DNA of 46,077 bases from the NCBI RefSeq assembly GCF_001194135.2, contig NC_068984.1, positions 79,708,420-79,754,496 of the forward strand. Reading direction: 5' to 3'. The notes beneath the pieces are model-generated. The model was not told where the DNA came from and did not search any database. It saw only the letters and a list, made by a program, of their open reading frames with translations. Shown here in pieces: positions 36,871-46,077 of this stretch (its first letter is position 1; every line of letters starts with the position of its first letter). This stretch comes from Octopus bimaculoides. Taxonomy: Eukaryota. Position numbers and translations under genes: made by a program.

Positions 36871-37324
36871 TGACATACGTACATACAGACAGACAGACAA
36901 ACAAAAATCTGGATATGTTTGGGTTCTCTAAAAAAAAAAGAACAAAGCAAACAGATATGCATTTTTCAGATACAATCAATTAGAGGAACCATAAAATATT
37001 CCAGGGATTCTTCATTTGAGGTTCCTAGGTGATCATATGTACACAACCACATATACACATAAAATACATGTATATACACACAAGTGCAAGTTTATCCACA
37101 TACACGCACATGCCCACGTGCATGCGTATTTGAGCCAATTCAGATAACCACAAACTCCAAGAGCCTTGCAATTTTCTTAGTGACTGAACTGGATTTTGCA
37201 ATGGTAAAATCTTAAAATAAACCACAAAGAAAAATACATGCATATACATATTTATGTGTGATGGACTTCCAGGTAATTTGTATATTGTGATACAGTCAGG
37301 ATTTATAGAGTTTATAGAGTTGTG

Positions 37325-37715
37325 TTTAAGACTGCAAGCTGGCAGAATCATTAGCATGCCAGGCAAAATGCTTAATGGCATTTTATCTGTCTTTGCATTC
37401 TGAGTTCAAATTCCATTGAGTTTGACTTTGCCATTTATCCTTTCAGGGTCAATAAAATAAATACCAGTTGAATACTGGGGTCAATGTAATTGGCTTATCC
37501 CTCACCTGAAATTACTGGCTTTGTGCCTTTAGTTGAAATCAATATTTATAGAATTGTATTTAAGGCAGCAAGCTGGAAGAATCATTAGCATGCCAGGCAA
37601 AATGCATAATGGCACTTTGCCTGTCCTGACTTTCTGAGTTCAAATTCTACTGAGGTCGACTTTGAGCACTGGTGTTGATGTAATATACTTAAACTTTCTG
37701 CCAAAATTTGAAACT
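37325..37715 (+). mobile_element. Two head-to-tail SINE family C copies
   Basis: gcaagctggcagaatcattagcatgccaggcaaaatgc begins at ~37334 and again at ~37568. The second copy has an internal deletion. Confidence 0.85.
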
Positions 37716-37809
37716 AATATTTATAGAGTTGTGCAGATATGAAGATGTATGCTGTAGATAAAAAGGTATCGTAAAGCAAAGGATTTATTTTGCAGATTTA
37801 TATTCATTT

Positions 37810-37965
37810 ACTCTTTTATTTGTCTCAGTCAGACACCAAATTCATTCACAAGGCACAAGTCACACTGAGGTCGTAGAAGAAGACATTTGACCAAAGTGAC
37901 ACACAGTGGGAATGAACCTGAAACCACATATTTACAAAGCAAACTTCTTAACTATGTAGCCATGT
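37810..37965 (-). mobile_element. SINE family A, internally deleted
   Basis: The 3' end ctcttttatttgtctcagtca is joined directly to the 5'-half sequence ccaaattcattcacaagg..agccatg. Confidence 0.65.
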
Positions 37966-38989
37966 CTATGCTTATATTCCAGCTTTATAAATTTCTATTG
38001 CTACTCAGTGTCATTGAATCATTGAATCTCAATGAATATGACAAACTCAAAAACACTTTCTTTATTGTTTCCCCTTTTCATCATTCTTTGCTTATCTTAA
38101 TTAATAATTCTCTCCCCACTTCTTTCGTCTACAATATGTCTTTCTTAATCAATGACTTCCATATTTTTATGATGTTAGATATTTATGAAACTGCAAACAT
38201 GATGAATACCAGATTTTGTGATGTATTTTATTCACCAGTGCGTGTAACAGATTTTATTATACATAGTGAAATGTAGAAACTCTATTGATGGTGACTGGAA
38301 ACTAACTTCTTTTGCATTTAATGCAAGAATGCATTATTCAATATGCTTTCATTGTGGTTGTTGGTGCAAAAGCTGGCTTATACATGTCCTCTGTTATATA
38401 GTGCCTTTTAACTTCAATACAACAATATACTTATTTTTGTTGGCTTCTTGGTGAAATCAAACACTGTTATTATTATTATTACAAAGTACATGCATGTGTG
38501 TATAGATAGAGAGATACATAGATAGATAGACAAGCAAAAATGAGCATAGAGAAATAACTCAGAGCATGTATTTAAACAGCATAAACAAATACAGGTATAT
38601 CAAATACCACATGACAGAAATTCTTGATTTATTAGCACCATCACTGCTTCTAGAGGATGTGTCATAATTAGCAAATGACAACTAAGACCAAAGTTGACAT
38701 GCTGTTAAGGAAAAAGACAGGCTTGTTGTTTGGACAAAAGAGAACGATCATACACATGAATTTGGGTAAATAGTCATTGCTGTCATAACAATTATCCAGC
38801 CTTGTCTCCAGAAGCATAGGGACTCAGACTTATACAAAAGGAAGTAGAACACACTTATGACTCAGATAATTTGCATAATTTAAACAAAAATGAAATAAGA
38901 GAAATAACACAGAGTGGCTAGTGGCATGTATATCAATGAAATAGTGAAGACCTGTACTCCATTGCATACTCAAGAAGACTTGTACTTCA

Positions 38990-39291
38990 TAGCAGGAGTG
39001 TTTAGGCCGCTTCCAACTGGTGAAGTGGATTGGCCTGCAAAAGTCTTTTACCAGTTCCATGTAAAAAAGCACCCATATGGTGCCATATAAAAGCACTCGT
39101 GCAGTGCCACGTAAAAGCACCCAGCACACTGTAAAGTGGTTGGTGTTAGGAACAGTATCCATCAATAGAAACCATGCCAAATCAGACTGGAACCTGGTTG
39201 TAGCTCTCTGGTTTGCCAGCTCTGGTCAAACTGTCCAATCCATGCCAGCATGGACAATGGAGGTTAAATGATGTTGATGATGATGATGATG
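38990..39291 (+). mobile_element. RTE LINE 3' UTR fragment
   Basis: Three copies of (g)taaaagcac(c/t), then the standard tail and (GAT)n. Confidence 0.85.
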
Positions 39292-39387
39292 AAAGAAATA
39301 CAAGTATATCAAATACCATACATAAAATTATTGATTTGTATGTATGAGTCTACATATACAGCCTGTCTGTATGTATGTTGTATGTAT

Positions 39388-39735
39388 GCATGGCTGAATG
39401 GCTAAGAAGTTCACTTTACAATAACCCTATCCTTGGTTCAGTCCCTCTGCATGCTATCATGGGCCTGCACCTTCTAGCATAGCTTTAGGTTGCTTCATGC
39501 TTTGTGAGTGAAATTGGGTTAAAGGAAATTTTGCTGAAGACTTTAGGATTAACTGTACCTGTAACTGAAAGGTGCAGGCTTGTTGCACATCATGTCACAC
39601 TGATTCTGTTTGAGAATTAATTCAAGGGTACATGTGTCTGTGGAATTCTTAGTTACTTCTTATGATAATTCAATAACAAGTTGTACAGTTGATCAAACAA
39701 CTGAAAACTCTTCATTGAAACTGACAGAGATCCAT
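39388..39735 (+). mobile_element. Old SINE-A head followed by a family-B-type 3' segment
   Basis: gcatggctgaatggctaag..ggttcagtccc head; gtacctgtaac..aagggtacatgtgtctgtgg..gttgatcaaacaactg matches 11960-12130. Confidence 0.6.
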
Positions 39736-40744
39736 TTCCCTGTATGTATGTGTGTGTGTTTGTGTATGTATGTGGGTGCATATATGTATGTATTTTTGTA
39801 TGCATGCTTGTGTGTATGTTTGTGTGTGTATGTATTTATGTTTGCATGTATATCCATGTGTTTATGTATGTACATGTGCATATTGCATCACATGAAAAAT
39901 ATTCAATATGCCAAGCAAAGCTGAAGCTAAGATTTATTGATAAAGTTCAAACTATGTTGATATCAGGTCAATTCATAAAAGGAGACATAGTGACAAGGAT
40001 TGGAGCATGATATGATTCAACCCTAATTTAATTGGTTAAGTTATTAACAGAGAAATCGCTAGAACACAAGAACAAATAAACAATGATTTTACCACTCTGT
40101 AATTGCATTGTTGTCTTAAAGTTCAGTCAACCAATGATCTGATTGTTTGTCTTAAACTGTTCACCAGAATTCTTGTGCATCCTTTAATATTTAATAATGG
40201 AATTGAATCATTGGATATAAATTTCTTTGAAGTTGTATATTTGGCTATTGACCCTAAATTCTTTTTGCTCTGAGCGCTAACTATATGCAGTTAGCCTAGC
40301 TATCTGCTAAAAGTGGTTAAATTCACTCTAATCATAAAACTAAATTATTTCATTATTACAGACAAATAAATAACAATATGAGCATTCAATTGTAAAATAA
40401 CCATTCTTTTCTTTTCTTTCCTTTCCTTTTTTTTTAGTTTCAATGAATCCAAATGGATCAAAACTATCTTGCATCATCAAGTTATCTTTAATGTTCTTCC
40501 TCTGCAGGTGACATCTGATCCTTCCATTGTGTTACCATTATGCCATAGAGCAACAGATTAGATTTTCAATTTGAAGAAGCATGCCTTGGTATTGTACCCT
40601 GTTTAGCTTCACGAGTTATCACTGCTCTCAAACTTCAGTGAAATATAATATAACTTTTGATGTTGGAATTGTGGATTGATCCTAAATTTTCAATCAATTA
40701 CACCCGTTCCATGCATCTTTCCAAATTGAATTCACTAATCAGGG

Positions 40745-40905
40745 GTGAATTGGCAGAGTTATTAGGGCATCAAATTGACTGCTTCGTGGTATTTGTTCCG
40801 ATTCTCTGCCATCTGAGTTCAAATCACACTGTAGTCAACTTTGCCCTTGATCCTTTTCAAGGTCAATTAAGAACAATACTGAAGTACCATAGTACCAATC
40901 CAATG
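40745..40905 (+). mobile_element. SINE family C, diverged
   Basis: gaattggcagag..ctgagttcaaatc..gtcaactttgcccttgatccttttcaaggtc..aagtacc. Confidence 0.7.
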
Positions 40906-41000
40906 TGATGGATAGGTGGAACTGTAAGAACATTGGATGCCTTCTTATTACACAGCTATGTCTGTGCCTATATATATATATATATATATATACATATATA

Positions 41001-41233
41001 TGTGCGGGTGGCACATAAAAGACACCATTTCGAGCGTGGCCGTTTTCGTGCGGGTGACACGTAAAAGTACCCACTACACTCTCTGAGTGGTTGGCGTTAG
41101 GAAGGGCATCCAGCTGTAGAAACTCTGCCAAATCAGACTGGAGCCTGGTGTTGCCATCCGGTTTCACCAGTCCTCAGTCAAATCGTCCAACCCATGCTAG
41201 CATGGAAAGCGGACGTTAAACGATGATGATGAT
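41001..41233 (+). mobile_element. Very young RTE LINE 3' end inserted in (TA)n
   Basis: By eye it is identical to 15334 onward except for one base (gtac vs gcac), with (TA)n on both sides. Confidence 0.95.
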
Positions 41234-41289
41234 ATATATATACATATACATATACATACAGATATATATATGTATGTATGTATGTATAG

Positions 41290-41390
41290 CATCATCTTCA
41301 TTTAACATCCATTGTCCATGCTGACATGGGTTGGACAGCTTGACTAGAGCTGGCAAGCTGAGTAGCTGCATCGGACTCCATGTTTCAGGT
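41290..41390 (-). mobile_element. RTE 3' tail fragment
   Basis: catcatcttcatttaacatccattgtccatgctgacatgggttggacag. Confidence 0.7.
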
Positions 41391-41514
41391 GTTGAAACAA
41401 CTGCAGAGCAACATGAGATGAAGTGTTTTGATTATGAACGCAACACACCACCCAGTCAAGGAATTGAAACCATGATCATGAAATCGTGAGCACAGCTCCC
41501 TATATATTGTCATC

Positions 41515-41715
41515 AGCACTTAATGACCAATTTCCATGCTAGCATAGGTTGGACAGTTTGACAGGAGCTGGCCAGCTGAAGAGCTGCCCAGACTCCATGT
41601 CTGTTTTGGCATGATTTCTATGGCTGGATGCCCTTCCTAATGTCAACCACTTTACTGAGTATACTGGGTGCTTTTACATCACCAGCATGGGTACATTTAC
41701 ATAGCACCAGTACAG
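41515..41715 (-). mobile_element. RTE 3' tail fragment
   Basis: ccatgctagcataggttggacag..ggatgcccttcctaatgtcaaccac..gggtgcttttac. Confidence 0.75.
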
Positions 41716-42401
41716 NNNNNNNNNNNNNNNNNNNNNNNNNNNNNNNNNNNNNNNNNNNNNNNNNNNNNNNNNNNNNNNNNNNNNNNNNNNNNNNNNNNNN
41801 NNNNNNNNNNNNNNNNNNNNNNNNNNNNNNNNNNNNNNNNNNNNNNNNNNNNNNNNNNNNNNNNNNNNNNNNNNNNNNNNNNNNNNNNNNNNNNNNNNNN
41901 NNNNNNNNNNNNNNNNNNNNNNNNNNNNNNNNNNNNNNNNNNNNNNNNNNNNNNNNNNNNNNNNNNNNNNNNNNNNNNNNNNNNNNNNNNNNNNNNNNNN
42001 NNNNNNNNNNNNNNNNNNNNNNNNNNNNNNNNNNNNNNNNNNNNNNNNNNNNNNNNNNNNNNNNNNNNNNNNNNNNNNNNNNNNNNNNNNNNNNNNNNNN
42101 NNNNNNNNNNNNNNNNNNNNNNNNNNNNNNNNNNNNNNNNNNNNNNNNNNNNNNNNNNNNNNNNNNNNNNNNNNNNNNNNNNNNNNNNNNNNNNNNNNNN
42201 NNNNNNNNNNNNNNNNNNNNNNNNNNNNNNNNNNNNNNNNNNNNNNNNNNNNNNNNNNNNNNNNNNNNNNNNNNNNNNNNNNNNNNNNNNNNNNNNNNNN
42301 NNNNNNNNNNNNNNNNNNNNNNNNNNNNNNNNNNNNNNNNNNNNNNNNNNNNNNNNNNNNNNNNNNNNNNNNNNNNNNNNNNNNNNNNNNNNNNNNNNNN
42401 N

Positions 42402-42437
<36 letters not shown>

Positions 42438-42885
42438 TGCATATTGCCTCACTACTAATTTATTTTGTTAACCGCACTAAATATGGAGATGATATGAAGT
42501 TATAATATAATACTATTCTTTATTATATGTGACAATGCTTCCATTTATTACATCTTTTTTAACTGAAACACAAATGTTTCACTCATGCTCATGGATTGGT
42601 CAACTTTCATAATCTTTCCCTATTACTGTCTAGATCAGTTGAGCTTAGCAACCCTAGAGTACCTTTTGTTGTTTGGAAATCCAACCGCACAAACATTAAC
42701 TAGAAATTCTACAGTTTGTTAGTTCATTTTAATCAGAGCACTTGAGAGAGTAAATTATTTCTAAATTAAGCATTAAAGGAAAGTTATGTGTAGTTAACAG
42801 TTGCTGCAATATGATACAATACTCACTGGGAATTATGTATGGCTATTAGTAGACATGAATAATATATAGCTTTTATTCATTATAG

Positions 42886-43098
42886 GTGTATGTGTGGCTG
42901 TGTGGTTTAGAAGCTTGCTTCCCAACCATGTTGTATTGGGTTCAGTCCCATTGTACAACAACTTATGCAAGCGTTTTACTATAGGTGTGGATTGATCAAA
43001 CCCTTACTGGGACCATTGTGTGGACCCTTGTCTTCACATTTCATTTAGGCTGACGAGAGATTTGCAAGTGGATTAGGTTGATGGAAACTGGAAGAAAC

Positions 43099-43145
<47 letters not shown>

Positions 43146-43385
43146 ACGCTTGTCTTGACACCATGTTAATGACTGTAAGCAAGCATCATCATCATACAAG
43201 TGACTGGTTTTGGTTTGTTTATGTCCCCATAACTTAGCAGTTCAGCAATAAGTGACTGATTGAATAAATGCCGAGCTTAAAAAAAAAGGTACTGGGGTCG
43301 ATTCATCCAACTAAAAAACTCTTGAAGGTAGTACCCCATCATGTCCACAGTTTAATGACTGAAACAAGTAAACGGTAAAAGACAT
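42886..43385 (+). mobile_element. SINE family A, full length
   Basis: gtggctgtgtggtttagaagcttgc..gggttcagtccc..(TG)n..gtactggggtcgattc..aatgactgaaacaagtaa. Confidence 0.85.
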
Positions 43386-43416
43386 GGGTATATAAGATGG
43401 GCATCTTTTAGTTTCT

Positions 43417-43653
43417 TATTTCTTTACTACCCACAAGGGGCTACACACAGAGGGGACAAACAAGGACAGACAAATGGATTAAGTCGATTATATCGAGCCC
43501 AGTGTATAACTGGTACTTATCTAATCGACCCTGAAAGGATGAAAAGCAAAGTCGACCTTGGTGGAATTTGAACTCAGAACGTAGCGGCAGACGAAATACC
43601 GCTAAGCATTTCACCCGGCGTGCTAACGTTTCTGCCAGCTCGCCGCCTTAGTT
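43417..43653 (-). mobile_element. SINE family C, young, with 13-bp TSD
   Basis: TSD tcttttagtttct at 43404-43416 and 43654-43666; CpG-rich head. Confidence 0.9.
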
Positions 43654-43809
43654 TCTTTTAGTTTCTGTCTATCAAATCCACTCACAAAGCTTTGGGTAGC
43701 CTAGAACTATAGCAGAAGACAGAAAGAATGCAAAAAGTACAATGAAATTGCTGTGGAGAGTGGAGCATATGCATATAGCATGGGAAAAAGATGTCAAAAT
43801 GAATTAATC

Positions 43810-43990
43810 GCTGTCTGGTTAAAAAGCTTGCTTTGCAACCACTTGATTTTAGGTTCTGTCCTACTGCATGGCACCTTAGTCAAATCTCTTCTACTTTATC
43901 TCCAGGTCAATCAATACCTTGTAAGTGAATTTGGTAGATGGAAACTGTGTGGAAACCTGTCATGTATGTGTGTGTATGTATGTATATGTG
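43810..43990 (+). mobile_element. SINE family A, 5' half
   Basis: ctggttaaaaagcttgc..aggttctgtccta..gtgaatttggtagatggaaactg. Confidence 0.7.
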
Positions 43991-44454
43991 TAGTATGTGT
44001 GTATGTATGTATATCATTATTCAGTTTTATTTCAAGATTTCTTGCTGATAGGAAAAGAGCCAGTTTGTAACCTAGGCTCCTTCATTGAAATATCAACAAC
44101 ATCAACAATGTTACTGAGGTTTAAAGTTTAATCAGTTTTACCTAATCAGAAAACAGGATTTGGAAGCTGGCATGTTCTGCATGATAGCTGTCTATCACAA
44201 AATGAAAGCAAATTCATTTCGAGGTGGAATTTTTATGAAACAGACAAAAGCAAAGTATTATGACAAGCAAAGTTGTAAGACTTTCTGAAGTTTTAATAAG
44301 TTTTAATGAATAAAGTCATGTTAAATGGTTGAACAGGCATGTAAATAATTTAAAAAGGAAACAAATCCTCGACAAACTTTTCTTGCAAAAAATTGCACAA
44401 ATCTGTCCTGATCAAGAGGCTTATCTGTCAGAGAAGGCATGTCTAACATGGAAT

Positions 44455-44517
44455 AAGCAAAAATTTATATGACATTCTATTTTAAAAATTGCTCGGCAAC
44501 GGCAGGCTATTCAGGCA
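44455..44517 (+). mobile_element. Possible Helitron 3' terminus
   Basis: An AT-rich run precedes a GC hairpin gc(t)cg-GCAA-cggc about 10 nt from the putative end. The terminal CTAG is degenerate. Confidence 0.35.
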
Positions 44518-44566
44518 ATACATGTATATATACATGTGTGTGTGTATGTGTGTGCGTGTGTGTGTA

Positions 44567-44619
<53 letters not shown>

Positions 44620-45743
44620 NNNNNNNNNNNNNNNNNNNNNNNNNNNNNNNNNNNNNNNNNNNNNNNNNNNNNNNNNNNNNNNNNNNNNNNNNNNNNNNNN
44701 NNNNNNNNNNNNNNNNNNNNNNNNNNNNNNNNNNNNNNNNNNNNNNNNNNNNNNNNNNNNNNNNNNNNNNNNNNNNNNNNNNNNNNNNNNNNNNNNNNNN
44801 NNNNNNNNNNNNNNNNNNNNNNNNNNNNNNNNNNNNNNNNNNNNNNNNNNNNNNNNNNNNNNNNNNNNNNNNNNNNNNNNNNNNNNNNNNNNNNNNNNNN
44901 NNNNNNNNNNNNNNNNNNNNNNNNNNNNNNNNNNNNNNNNNNNNNNNNNNNNNNNNNNNNNNNNNNNNNNNNNNNNNNNNNNNNNNNNNNNNNNNNNNNN
45001 NNNNNNNNNNNNNNNNNNNNNNNNNNNNNNNNNNNNNNNNNNNNNNNNNNNNNNNNNNNNNNNNNNNNNNNNNNNNNNNNNNNNNNNNNNNNNNNNNNNN
45101 NNNNNNNNNNNNNNNNNNNNNNNNNNNNNNNNNNNNNNNNNNNNNNNNNNNNNNNNNNNNNNNNNNNNNNNNNNNNNNNNNNNNNNNNNNNNNNNNNNNN
45201 NNNNNNNNNNNNNNNNNNNNNNNNNNNNNNNNNNNNNNNNNNNNNNNNNNNNNNNNNNNNNNNNNNNNNNNNNNNNNNNNNNNNNNNNNNNNNNNNNNNN
45301 NNNNNNNNNNNNNNNNNNNNNNNNNNNNNNNNNNNNNNNNNNNNNNNNNNNNNNNNNNNNNNNNNNNNNNNNNNNNNNNNNNNNNNNNNNNNNNNNNNNN
45401 NNNNNNNNNNNNNNNNNNNNNNNNNNNNNNNNNNNNNNNNNNNNNNNNNNNNNNNNNNNNNNNNNNNTTAGAGACACTTTCAAATTTATCAGAATATTGA
45501 GGCTGAAGATTGGAATAGTGAAATTTCCATTCACTTAACCATGAAACGATTCGTATCCAATTAACTAAAGGCTTGGCTTGTTTTCGCTTTTCCCTCCGGT
45601 TTTTTGTTCTATGTGTGCCATAAATATCGCCATCCACTTTAGAGAAAATTTGTAGTTTGGAATCAGTAGTTCTTTGACTGCTATTTCTAAATTTTCAGTA
45701 TGTTGGAGAAGCAACTCAATTGCTAATCCCTGTATATTTATAA

Positions 45744-45780
<37 letters not shown>

Positions 45781-46041
45781 TGGGTGGACGTATATATGTA
45801 GCATAATTTAGGTAAAAACCCTGTTACTTGCACATAAGAGCTGTTATGTCATTGTTTGACTACCACATGTTATTCTACATTAGGGTATATTCCAGGGTTG
45901 GGTTCACATGTGGAACTCCTCTTTGCATAAGATTAGTGCAAGAAAAATAAAACATGAGGATGGAGGATAATGGGTTTCGTGATCAACTATAAAAAACTGA
46001 TACCCTCCATCCTCATAATATAATATTCTTATAATAAATAT

Positions 46042-46077
<36 letters not shown>

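Noticed and set aside
40507-40560. Strong acceptor ttcttcctctgcAG followed by VTSDPSIVLPLCHRATD*
   Set aside because: There are early stops in all frames and no convincing donor; such acceptors are frequent by chance in this composition.
41618-45637. Many long X-filled ORFs, also at 11563-11945, 16642-17466, 28833-29588 and 32570-33673
   Set aside because: Translation through assembly gaps and (TA)n tracts.

Overview
AT-rich, microsatellite-saturated animal genomic DNA with many N gaps. The repeat repertoire (tRNA-headed SINEs, RTE LINEs with (GAT)n tails) resembles what I recall of octopus/cephalopod genomes; this is inference. I cannot confidently identify any host protein-coding gene. Nearly all ORF-track entries are microsatellite or gap artefacts. 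The interpretable coding-like sequence is transposon-derived: RTE-clade LINE fragments of several ages, a CR1-type fragment, two mariner remnants and a MULE transposase C-terminus. The window also holds at least three SINE families, piggyBac-like (TTAA) MITEs and other TIR elements. The most interesting observations are: (1) a young RTE LINE with an intact C4HC3 PHD finger embedded inside the reverse-transcriptase region, whose 3' end has a near-identical second copy 26 kb away; (2) a minimal type-I hammerhead ribozyme motif inside a 38-bp perfect inverted repeat, suggesting a Penelope-like element; (3) an unexplained 92-bp GC/CpG-rich insert inside a SINE; and (4) repeated use of microsatellites as insertion sites. 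Repeat boundaries were placed by eye and are approximate unless a TSD or TIR is quoted.
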